From NCBI GenBank assembly GCA_041496385.1, contig JBGQEL010000129.1, positions 1 to 11,922 of the forward strand: a DNA stretch of 11,922 nucleotides. Reading direction: 5' to 3'. The position numbers and the translations under genes are program-made. This document shows positions 1-7,528 of the stretch, one piece after another; position 1 is the first letter of the stretch; each line of letters begins with the position of its first letter. The notes beneath the pieces are model-generated. The model was not told the origin of the DNA, ran no database searches, and worked only from the letters and a program-made list of their open reading frames with translations. Source of the stretch: Candidatus Methylomirabilia bacterium (lineage in GTDB: Bacteria; Methylomirabilota; Methylomirabilia; Rokubacteriales; CSP1-6).

Positions 1-504
1 GAACTTCTTGACCTCGGCCGGGAGCTTCGTGCCGTTCGACAGGAGCACGGTGATCTTGGGGAACGGCGTCACCTTCGCCGTCGCGAGCCCCTGATCGCTG
101 GCCTGCCGCCGGATCTGCTCCTCGACGTCGGGTCGCTGGCCCCGCATGAGGCCGCGCGCCTTCAGCACGGGCGCGACGCAGGCCTGCTCGATCGCCTTCT
201 TCTTCAGCTCGTGCGTCACCCACGGCGGCAGGCGGTACGCGGGGTCCACGACGTGGGCGTTGGTGACGATCCACCCGCGGCCGTCCACGAACCACCCGCT
301 GCCCGTCTCGATGAACGGCGCCGGGCTCACCGTCACGAGTCCCTGACCGCAGTTCATCGTGACATCCGCGCCGATCTCCGCTTTGATGAGCGCGACCGCG
401 GGCTTGGCGCGAAGGATGGCTTCCTGGACCGACAGGGCTGAGGCGTCGCGCGGGCCGGCGAGCGGCAGGCTCGCCAGCACGAGCGCCAGGAGCAAGGCCC
501 TCAT
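1..504 (-). CDS. Secreted trypsin-like (S1C/HtrA-type) serine protease, N-terminal part; runs off the window edge
   Basis: Not in the ORF track. Hand translation from ATG 504 is open to position 1 (168 codons): MRALLLALVLASLPLAGPRDASALSVQEAILRAKPAVALIKAEIG...ETGSGWFVDGRGWIVTNAHVVDP...KITVLLSNGTKLPAEVKKF. It has a signal peptide and the GSG-F-V / TNAHVV catalytic-His motif of HtrA-like proteases. Confidence 0.9.
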   Translation of the reverse strand, partial: MRALLLALVLASLPLAGPRDASALSVQEAILRAKPAVALIKAEIGADVTMNCGQGLVTVSPAPFIETGSGWFVDGRGWIVTNAHVVDPAYRLPPWVTHELKKKAIEQACVAPVLKARGLMRGQRPDVEEQIRRQASDQGLATAKVTPFPKITVLLSNGTKLPAEVKKF

Positions 505-551
505 GGCTCCGCAACGTACCATGGAGGCCGAGCCGCGTACAATGTCACGCC
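505..551. promoter_or_regulatory. Back-to-back -10 elements for the divergent protease and cupin genes (leaderless-type)
   Basis: + strand TACAAT 538-543 lies 8 nt before ATG 552. - strand TGG-TACGTT (extended -10, 521-513) lies 8 nt before ATG 504. No convincing SD in either spacer. Confidence 0.55.
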
Positions 552-1217
552 ATGGACGCGCCATCGTACACGTTCGCGCTCGCCGAGAACACGCTCCCTC
601 CGCACGGGCGCGCGGCGCTCCCGCCGCTGAACCGCATCCTTTATATGCTCGCGGGTGAGCTCGTGGCGACAGGCGCCCCAGGGGCGGCGCCGATCGCCGC
701 CGGCGCCGCGTGGCACGGCGCCGGCCCGTGCGAGGTCGTCGCGGGCGGGACGGGGGCGACGCTCCTGCGCTGGGAGCTCCGGCGAACCGGGGCGCCATCA
801 TCCGACGGCGCCGGCGCCGTGACGCGCGTGCTCCTCGAGCATCCACTGGACCTCGACCCGCGCGCCGCGTACCTCATGCGCTGCGACCGCGTCGACTTCG
901 CCCCCGGCGGCACGGCGCTTCCGCACCGCCACCGGGGCGGCGGCATCCGCTATCTCGTCGCGGGCGCGCTCGACGTCACGGTGGGCGACGCGCCGGCGCG
1001 CGCGATGCGCCCCGGGAGCGCGTGGTTCGAGAGCGGGCGCGAGCCGGTGCTCGCCGTGTCCTCGCGGGACGCGCCGACGAGCTTCATCCGCGTCTCGATC
1101 CTCCCGCGCGAGATCCGCGGGCAGTCGTCCATCATGTACGTCGACCCGAAGGACGCCGAGCGCGGCCGGCCGCGCCGGTACACGGTCTACGTGGACGAGC
1201 CGATCGTGCTCGACTGA
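552..1217 (+). CDS. Cupin-domain protein (221 aa; probably a degenerate N-terminal cupin plus a C-terminal cupin_2)
   Basis: C-terminal RVDFAPGGTALPHRHRGGGIRYLVAGALDVTV...MRPGSAWFESG matches cupin motif spacing (HxH, G-x5-G). Codon usage is GC3-rich. Confidence 0.75.
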   Translation: MDAPSYTFALAENTLPPHGRAALPPLNRILYMLAGELVATGAPGAAPIAAGAAWHGAGPCEVVAGGTGATLLRWELRRTGAPSSDGAGAVTRVLLEHPLDLDPRAAYLMRCDRVDFAPGGTALPHRHRGGGIRYLVAGALDVTVGDAPARAMRPGSAWFESGREPVLAVSSRDAPTSFIRVSILPREIRGQSSIMYVDPKDAERGRPRRYTVYVDEPIVLD

Positions 1218-4200
1218 AGCGCGGCGCGGATCCGCTCGGCGAGCCCCGGCGCCTCGAGCGGCTCCGCGACCCCGTGGGCCTCCTCGAGGTGCGCGCGCGC
1301 CTCGGGCGCGCGGCCCTGGGCCCGCGCGAGGAGACCCAGGTCGAGCAGGCTCCGGGCGAGCACGCCGAGCGCCCCGACGTCGCGCGCGAGCTGCGCCGCG
1401 GCCTCCAGGTGGCGGCGGGCGCGGCGCGCCGCGAACGGCCCGGCGGTCAGCATGAACCCGAGGTTGCGCACGAGCGTGCCGAGCGGCAGCGTGACCTCCC
1501 GCAGCACCATCTGGAGATAGAGCTCGCCGAGGACGAGGTGGGCGAACGCGCGCTGCTGCGGCGTCTTCCACTCCTCGAACTTCCGGATGCACGCCTCGAC
1601 CCACTGGACGCCTTCCCCCACGCGCCCCGAGAGCGCCAGGGCGATGCCGTACGGGACGTCGATCGCGAGCAGGAACGCGAGGAAGCCGCCGGCGGTCAGC
1701 TCGGCGCGGACCTCGGCCAGCGCCTGGAGCCCGTCGGCGGCGCGCCCGCCGAGCGCCAGCGCCATGCCGAGCGTGCCGCGCGCGATCAGGCGGTCGAGCG
1801 GGTCCGGCGAGAGACGCAGCGCGGCGTCGGCCTGGGCGACCGCCTCGTCGAAGCGCTCGTCGGCGAAGCCCACCATCGCGAGCGAGTAGAGGCCCATCGC
1901 CGTCGTGCGCGGATCGGCCGACTCGCGCCCGAGCGCGTCGAGGCGCTCGGCGGTCCGCCGCGCCTCGCCCAGCCGTCCGGCGAACGTCTGATGGAGGATG
2001 AGGCAGTAGAGCGACTTCGAGGCCAGGTACACGTCGGCCCGGCGCTCCGCGATCGCGAGACTCCGCTCCGCGAGCTGGACGACGACCTCGCCGGGGCGGT
2101 CACCGGGTCGGAAGACGAACAGGTACGCGAGCCCCATCGCCGCGTAGCCGACGCACTCCTCGTCGTCCACCGCCTCGCCGAGGCCGAGCGCCGTCTTTAA
2201 GACTGGCGCCGCCGCGTCGAACCGCGCCGCGGTCACGTGGGAGAAGCCGAGCCAGAAGAGCAGCAGCGACAGGCGCCGCGAGTCGCCGGCCGCCTCGACC
2301 CGCGTCCGATACTTCTCGACCAGCTCGACGATGCCCTTGAAGTCCTTGCGGTAATAGTGGACCCGCGTCCAGCCGAGCAGCGCGTCGGCCAGGAGCGCGC
2401 CCGGGCCGCGCCGGTCGGCGCAGAGCTCGACCGCCTGCCGGAAGCGCGCGTCCGCCTCCTCGAGCGCGAACACCTGAAGGCTCTTCTGGCCCGCCGCGAC
2501 GAGCCACGGCAGCGCCTTGTCCGTCTGCGACGTCCGGCTCCAGTGATGCGCGAGCGCCTCGGCCCACTCGCCGAGCCGGGCGCCGTAGAGCCGCTCGATC
2601 GCCTCGCCGGTCCGCCGGTGGAGCTCCTCGCGCCGTGGGCCGAGCAGGCTCTCGTAGACGGCCTCCTGGACGAGCGCCTGCTTGAACGCGTACTCGCCGC
2701 CGCCGCCGACCAGGATGTCCTGCGCCTGCAGGCCGGCGAGCAGGTGACCCAGACCGCCGTTCGTCTCCGCGACCGCGCGCACGAGATCGGAGGGAAAGCG
2801 CCGCCCGATCACCGCCGCGGCCTGCAGCACCGCGCGCGCCCCGTCGGCGAGCCGGTCCACGCGCGCCATGATGAGGTCCTGGAGCCGTCCCGGGATGCGC
2901 GCGCCCGCGCCGACCTCGAGGAAGAAGCGCGCGATCTCCTCGGCGAAGAGCGGGTTGCCCTCGGCCTTCGTCGCGATGAGGCTCGCCAGCGCGTCGGGCA
3001 CGTCGGTACCGAGGCGCCGGCGGACGAGCTCGAGCGCGCTCGCCTCGACCAGCGGCTCGAGCCGCAGCTCGGTAACGTTGGCGCCTCCGGCCCAGGGCGG
3101 CTGGTACTGCGGGCGGAAGGCGCCGACGATCAGGAGCGGCAGCGCGTCGGCGCCCGCCACGAGGCGCTCGAGCAGGTCCTGCGAGCCGGAATCGACCCAT
3201 TGCAGATCGTCGATGAAGAGGATGGCCGGCCCGCGGCTGCACTCGAGGCGCAGGAGATTCTGGAGCGCCTCGCGCGTGCGCGCGCCGACGATCTCGCCGT
3301 CGAGGCCGCGCAGCGCCTCACGCGCCTCGAGCCCGAGGAGGTTGCGGAGAAAGGGAAGATCCGCCGTGGGAATGCCCGGCGGCGCGTCCGCCTCGTCGAG
3401 CCGGAGGTGGTCGCGGACGATCTCCACGAAAGGCTGGAACGAGGTGGCGGCGCCGCCCGCGGTGCAGTGACCCTGGAGGAACGTGGGGCCGTCGGCGCCG
3501 AGCCGGCCCTGCAGCTCGTACACGATCCGCGACTTGCCGATGCCCGCCTCGCCCGTGACGCTCACCGCGCGCACGGCGCCGCCCCGGGCCTCCGCCCAGG
3601 CGCCCTCGAGGAGCGCCAGCTCGGGCTCGCGGCCGACGAGCGGCGTGAGCCCGCGCCGGGCCGCGACGGCGAAGCGCGCCGCGGCCGCCGCGAGCCCGTC
3701 GAGATAGAAGACGCGCTGCGGAAGCGCCTTGCCCTTGACGGGGCGCTCGCCCGCGGACGTGACCTGCGTCACCTCCTCGACGAGACGGTGCGTCGCCTCG
3801 CTGATGAGGATGCGCCCCGGCTCCGCCATCGTCTGCAGGCGCGCGGCCAGGTTCACCGTGTCGCCGACCGCCTTGAATTCCAGACGCAGGTCGGTTCCGA
3901 CGGTGCCGACGACGACGGGGCCCGTGTGGATGCCGATGCGCGCCTCGGGCCGCACGCCGCGCTCGGCCGCGACCTCGTCGCCGAGCCGGCGCATGCCCGC
4001 CTGGATGGCGAGCGCGGCCCGGCAGGCGCGCACGGGGGCGTCCTCCAGCGCGACGGGCGCGCCGAAGAGCGCGAGCACGCCGTCGCCGGTCAGCTCTTGC
4101 ACGGTGCCCTCACACTCGTGCACCGCGGTGATCATGACCTGGTACACGCGCTCCATGAGGCGGTAGACCGCCTCCTCGCCGAGCGCCTCGGCCAGCGGCG

Positions 4201-4411
4201 TGTAGCCCTTCATGTCGGCGAAGAGCACCGTGACCTGCTTGCGCTCGCCCTCGACGCGGCCCCGCGCGGCGAGGATCTTCTCCGTGAGCTCGGCGGGCAG
4301 GTAGCGGCGGATGAGCTCCGTCTCGTCCGAGGCCTCGGCGAGCCGCGCGCCGCACCGGCCGCAGAAATTCATCCCCGGTGGACTCTCGAAGCCGCAGCGC
4401 GGGCAGGTCAT
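1187..4411 (-). CDS. Zinc-ribbon + class III adenylate/guanylate cyclase + AAA_16 (STAND) ATPase + TPR-like protein (1074 aa)
   Basis: Start set at ATG 4411 (MTCPRCGFESPPGMNFCGRCG, CxxC pair). Cyclase motifs: VTVLFADMKGYT, TGDGVLALFGAP, RIGIHTGPVVVG, GDTVNLAARLQ. Also LVGREPEL, Walker A GEAGIGKS, Walker B ILFIDDLQW and GNPLFAEE, then an Ala/Leu-rich helical repeat C-terminus. Confidence 0.93.
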   Translation of the reverse strand: MTCPRCGFESPPGMNFCGRCGARLAEASDETELIRRYLPAELTEKILAARGRVEGERKQVTVLFADMKGYTPLAEALGEEAVYRLMERVYQVMITAVHECEGTVQELTGDGVLALFGAPVALEDAPVRACRAALAIQAGMRRLGDEVAAERGVRPEARIGIHTGPVVVGTVGTDLRLEFKAVGDTVNLAARLQTMAEPGRILISEATHRLVEEVTQVTSAGERPVKGKALPQRVFYLDGLAAAAARFAVAARRGLTPLVGREPELALLEGAWAEARGGAVRAVSVTGEAGIGKSRIVYELQGRLGADGPTFLQGHCTAGGAATSFQPFVEIVRDHLRLDEADAPPGIPTADLPFLRNLLGLEAREALRGLDGEIVGARTREALQNLLRLECSRGPAILFIDDLQWVDSGSQDLLERLVAGADALPLLIVGAFRPQYQPPWAGGANVTELRLEPLVEASALELVRRRLGTDVPDALASLIATKAEGNPLFAEEIARFFLEVGAGARIPGRLQDLIMARVDRLADGARAVLQAAAVIGRRFPSDLVRAVAETNGGLGHLLAGLQAQDILVGGGGEYAFKQALVQEAVYESLLGPRREELHRRTGEAIERLYGARLGEWAEALAHHWSRTSQTDKALPWLVAAGQKSLQVFALEEADARFRQAVELCADRRGPGALLADALLGWTRVHYYRKDFKGIVELVEKYRTRVEAAGDSRRLSLLLFWLGFSHVTAARFDAAAPVLKTALGLGEAVDDEECVGYAAMGLAYLFVFRPGDRPGEVVVQLAERSLAIAERRADVYLASKSLYCLILHQTFAGRLGEARRTAERLDALGRESADPRTTAMGLYSLAMVGFADERFDEAVAQADAALRLSPDPLDRLIARGTLGMALALGGRAADGLQALAEVRAELTAGGFLAFLLAIDVPYGIALALSGRVGEGVQWVEACIRKFEEWKTPQQRAFAHLVLGELYLQMVLREVTLPLGTLVRNLGFMLTAGPFAARRARRHLEAAAQLARDVGALGVLARSLLDLGLLARAQGRAPEARAHLEEAHGVAEPLEAPGLAERIRAALQSSTIGSST

Positions 4412-4478
4412 CCCGCGTGGATCATACCCCGCGCCGCGGCGACGCACCGCCCCGTGTCGGCGGTGCTACGCTGCGGGC
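4412..4478. promoter_or_regulatory. Divergent -10 elements for the cyclase and MFS genes (leaderless-type)
   Basis: - strand TATGAT 4426-4421 lies 9 nt before ATG 4411. + strand TGc-TACGCT 4464-4472 (extended -10) lies 6 nt before GTG 4479. Confidence 0.55.
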
Positions 4479-5711
4479 GTGACCGGGCGAATCTCCGACG
4501 ACCCCGGGGTCGCGCGTCGGCACGTCGGCGGGCTCGCGGCGATCCCCCGGAGCATCTGGGCCCTGGGAATCGTCAGCATGTTCATGGACATCTCCTCGGA
4601 GATGATCCACGGCCTGCTGCCGGTGTTCCTCGTGACGGTGCTCGGGGCCAGCATGGTCTCGGTGGGACTCATCGAGGGAATCGCCGAGGCGACGGCGTCC
4701 ATCACAAAGATCTTTTCCGGCGCTCTCAGCGACTATCTCGGCAAGCGCAAGTTCCTGGCGACGCTCGGCTACGGTCTCGCGGCGCTCACGAAGCCGATGT
4801 TCCCGCTCGCCACGTCCGTGAGCTGGGTCGTCAGCGCGCGATTCATCGACCGCATCGGCAAGGGCATCCGCGGGGCGCCGCGCGACGCGCTGGTGGGCGA
4901 CCTCGCGCCGCCGCACCTGCGCGGCGCCTGCTACGGTCTCCGCCAGTCGCTCGATACCATCGGCGCGTTCGTGGGGCCGTTGCTCGCCGTCCTGCTCATG
5001 GCGGTGACGCTGAACGACTTCCGTCTGGTGTTCTGGATCGCCGTGGTGCCCGCATTCCTCGCGCTCGCGCTGATGATCTTCGGCGTGCAGGAGCCCGAGG
5101 GCACGCGGCGAACAGGTGACGCGCGATCGCCGATCAAGGCCGCGGATGTCCGTCAGCTCGGTGCGCCGTACTGGTGGCTCGTGCTCATCGCTGCCGTGCT
5201 CACGCTGGCGCGCTTCAGCGAGGCCTTCCTCGTGCTGCGCGCGCAAAGCGTCGGGCTTCCCATCGCGCTGGCGCCGGTGGTGCTGGTCGTGATGAACGTC
5301 GTGTACGCCGCGTCCGCCTACCCGGCGGGCCGCCTCTCCGACCGGGTCGATCGCCGGCTCGTGCTCGTCACAGGGTGCGCGGCGCTGGTCGGAGCCGACG
5401 TGGCGTTGGCCCTGGCCGACGGAGTGTGGCTGGCCATCGCCGGCATCGCGCTGTGGGGCCTGCACATGGGGCTCACGCAGGGACTCCTCGCCGCGATGGT
5501 GACGGACACCACGCCCTCCCGGATCCGCGGCTCAGCCTTTGGCGTGTTCAACCTCGCGAGCGGCGGGGCGATGCTGGTCGCCAGCGTCCTCGCCGGGTCG
5601 CTTTGGGACCGCTATGGCGCACCTGCGACCTTCTATATGGGCGCCGGCTTCACGCTCGTCGCGCTTGCGGGCCTCGGGAAGACCTTGACCTCGGGCGTGC
5701 AGAGGAGATAA
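4479..5711 (+). CDS. MFS transporter (MFS_1-type, about 410 aa), substrate unknown
   Basis: About 12 hydrophobic segments. MFS motif A in both halves (GALSDYLGKRK, GRLSDRVDRR), plus RFIDRIGKGIRGAPRD. GTG 4479 chosen as start because the upstream extension overlaps the cyclase gene and looks non-coding. Confidence 0.9.
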   Translation: MTGRISDDPGVARRHVGGLAAIPRSIWALGIVSMFMDISSEMIHGLLPVFLVTVLGASMVSVGLIEGIAEATASITKIFSGALSDYLGKRKFLATLGYGLAALTKPMFPLATSVSWVVSARFIDRIGKGIRGAPRDALVGDLAPPHLRGACYGLRQSLDTIGAFVGPLLAVLLMAVTLNDFRLVFWIAVVPAFLALALMIFGVQEPEGTRRTGDARSPIKAADVRQLGAPYWWLVLIAAVLTLARFSEAFLVLRAQSVGLPIALAPVVLVVMNVVYAASAYPAGRLSDRVDRRLVLVTGCAALVGADVALALADGVWLAIAGIALWGLHMGLTQGLLAAMVTDTTPSRIRGSAFGVFNLASGGAMLVASVLAGSLWDRYGAPATFYMGAGFTLVALAGLGKTLTSGVQRR

Positions 5712-5712
5712 T
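5685..5712 (+). promoter_or_regulatory. Putative sigma70 promoter for the riboswitch operon, embedded in the MFS 3' end
   Basis: TTGACC 5685-5690, 16-nt spacer, GATAAT 5707-5712. This puts the TSS near 5719, about 10 nt before the aptamer. Confidence 0.55.
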
Positions 5713-5728
5713 TCGGGCAGACGACGAA

Positions 5729-5785
5729 GGGCGATGGGGTTCGCCCGAGACCGCCTTGCGTCAGGCGAGGCTGATGACCCCTACC
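5729..5785 (+). ncRNA. Fluoride riboswitch (crcB motif) aptamer
   Basis: GGGCGATGGGGTTCGCCC-GAGA-CCGCCTTGCGTCAGGCGAGG-CTGATGACCCCTAC fits the consensus GGnGAUGGnGUUCnCC...ACCGC...GCUGAUGACnCCUAC. P1 is GGGCGA/TCGCCC, P2 is GCCTTGC/GCGAGGC, and the pseudoknot is GGGGT/ACCCC. It lies upstream of an operon containing crcB. Confidence 0.96.
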
Positions 5786-5814
5786 GGGCAGAAGACCGGT
5801 AGGGGTTCTTTTTT
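5777..5814 (+). terminator. Intrinsic terminator (riboswitch expression platform)
   Basis: Perfect 11-bp stem ACCCCTACCGG (5777-5787) / CCGGTAGGGGT (5796-5806), 8-nt loop, followed by TCTTTTTT. The 5' arm is the aptamer pseudoknot strand. Confidence 0.92.
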
Positions 5815-5853
5815 CGAGGAGCTCGGCCGCGGGTGCGCTCCGGGGAGGCGTGC

Positions 5854-7071
5854 ATGGAGAACGTCTGGTTTCTCGCGGCCGTGTGGCTGGGACTGGCGCT
5901 CGTCGCGACGCTGCTCGCGATCTGGCTCAAGATCTCGACGGCACTTTCCGAGATCGTCGTCGGCACCGTCGCCCAACTGATCATCGGCGCTCTCGTCGGT
6001 CCCCACGCCCTCGGTTCGTCGAGCGCGTGGGTGGCGTTCCTCGCCGGGACGGGCGCAATCGTGCTGACCTTCCTGGCGGGTGCCGAGCTCGATCCCGCCG
6101 TGTTCAGGGCGAAGTGGAAGGAGGCCGTGGTCGTCGGCCTCGCGAGCTTCGCGGCGCCTTTTCTTGGCGCGGCGGCGGCGGCCTACTGGCTTCTGGGCTG
6201 GACGCCCGACGCGAGCTGGCTCGCGGGCGTCGCCATGTCCACCACCTCGGTCGCCGTCGTGTACGCGGTCATGCTCGAGCTCGGCTTCAACACCACGGAA
6301 TATGGCAAGGCCATGCTCGCCGCCTGCTTCGTGACCGACCTCGGGACGGTGCTCGCGCTCGGAATCATCTTCTCGCCGTTTACGCTGAAGACCGTGGTCT
6401 TCGTGGTGGCGTGCGCGGCCCTCTTCGCACTCCTGCCGGTGATCACACCGCGCTTCTTCCGCCGCTATGGCGGGCGGGTCTCGGAGCTGGAGACGAAGTT
6501 CATCCTGCTCGCGCTTTTCGCGATGGGCGGGCTCGCGATCTGGGCCGGAAGCGAGGCGGTTCTGCCGGCCTACGTGATCGGCATGCTGCTCGCGGGGAGC
6601 GTCGGCAGGGACCACGCGCTGATCCGTCGACTGCGGACGCTCACGTTCGGGCTCCTGACGCCGTTCTACTTCATCCGCGCGGGCTCGTTCGTGTCGGTGC
6701 CGTCGCTGGTCGCCGCCCCGATGGTCTTCGTCGTGCTCTTCGCCGCCAAGATGGTCAGCAAGATGGCGGGCGTGTTTCCGGCCGTGCGGGCGTTCCGTTA
6801 CGCTCAGCAAGAAGGGCTCTATTACACGCTGATGATGTCCACCGGGCTCACGTTCGGCACGATATCGGCGCTGTTCGGCTTGAGCCACGGCATCATCGAC
6901 GCGGGCCAGTACTCGCATCTCGTCGCCGCGGTGATCGGGAGCGCGGTCATCCCGACGCTCATCGCCAACGCGTTCTTCATGCCCGTGCACCTGCGCCCGT
7001 CGGAGGTCGGAGAGGCGGACCCCATGCGGCGGGTGCCGGGCGGGGCGAGGAGGGAGGCTCGGAATGTTTAA
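5854..7071 (+). CDS. Cation:proton antiporter (Na_H_Exchanger, CPA2-like), 405 aa
   Basis: SD GGGGAGG 5842-5848 before ATG 5854. About 12-13 TM segments. Motifs LTFLAGAELD, AMSTTSVAVV, ACFVTDLGTV and TPFYFIRAG. Confidence 0.92.
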   Translation: MENVWFLAAVWLGLALVATLLAIWLKISTALSEIVVGTVAQLIIGALVGPHALGSSSAWVAFLAGTGAIVLTFLAGAELDPAVFRAKWKEAVVVGLASFAAPFLGAAAAAYWLLGWTPDASWLAGVAMSTTSVAVVYAVMLELGFNTTEYGKAMLAACFVTDLGTVLALGIIFSPFTLKTVVFVVACAALFALLPVITPRFFRRYGGRVSELETKFILLALFAMGGLAIWAGSEAVLPAYVIGMLLAGSVGRDHALIRRLRTLTFGLLTPFYFIRAGSFVSVPSLVAAPMVFVVLFAAKMVSKMAGVFPAVRAFRYAQQEGLYYTLMMSTGLTFGTISALFGLSHGIIDAGQYSHLVAAVIGSAVIPTLIANAFFMPVHLRPSEVGEADPMRRVPGGARREARNV

Positions 7072-7486
7072 GCGCATCCTGGTCGCCTACGACGGCTCCG
7101 ACGGTGCACGAGCGGCGCTCAAGCGCGGGATCGAGCTGGCCACGGCGCTCGGCGCCGAGCTCAGCAGCATCTCCGTCGAGGAGCACCTGCCGCACTACGC
7201 CGCCTCGATCAGCGAGGTGAAGGCCGCGAAGGAGCAGATCGACGAGTACTTCCGTGGGCTCACCAAGCACGCGCGCGACCAGGCGGCACTTGCCGGTGTG
7301 GAGTTGGAGACGATCGTCAAGCAGGGGCACGAGGTCGAGACGATCGTGACGCTGGCCCGCGAGGGGAAGTTCGATCTGCTCGTCATCGGCCATCACGGCC
7401 ACAGCCGCATCTTCGAGCGCACCATGGGCAGCACGGCGCAGTCGATCGTGAGGCTGGCGCCCTGCCCCGTCCTGGTGGCAAAGTAG
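7064..7486 (+). CDS. Universal stress protein (UspA family), 140 aa
   Basis: MFKRILVAYDGS N-terminus, DLLVIGHHG...MGSTAQSIVRLAPCPVLV C-terminus. Overlaps the antiporter by 8 nt, with SD GGGAGG upstream. Confidence 0.95.
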   Translation: MFKRILVAYDGSDGARAALKRGIELATALGAELSSISVEEHLPHYAASISEVKAAKEQIDEYFRGLTKHARDQAALAGVELETIVKQGHEVETIVTLAREGKFDLLVIGHHGHSRIFERTMGSTAQSIVRLAPCPVLVAK

Positions 7487-7528
7487 CGCGAGCGTGCGCA
7501 CAGCCATCGCAAAGGAGGATTTCATCCG

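Noticed and set aside
1187..4411. STAND cyclase as an antiphage (Avs/Pycsar) system, or as partner of the Crp regulator
   Set aside because: No adjacent cNMP-binding effector or defence genes. This architecture is a common signalling family, and the Crp protein lacks the cNMP-binding Arg.
4311..4478. N-terminal extensions of the MFS ORF (from 4311) and the cyclase ORF (from 4447)
   Set aside because: They would overlap each other head-to-head. Family-like sequence begins at 4411 and about 4479, each with a -10 box just upstream.
2237..5119. 960-aa + strand ORF, plus 710..2200 (+), 2100..3242 (-), 5761..7077 (-), 5850..7220 (+) and similar long ORFs
   Set aside because: Antisense or off-frame shadows of well-supported genes in very high-GC DNA; Arg/Gly/Ala-rich with no recognisable motifs.
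7517..7527. GGAT-TTC-ATCC mini-hairpin beside the crcB SD; possible second riboswitch
   Set aside because: Only 4 bp, and the 42-nt intergenic region has no fluoride aptamer consensus.
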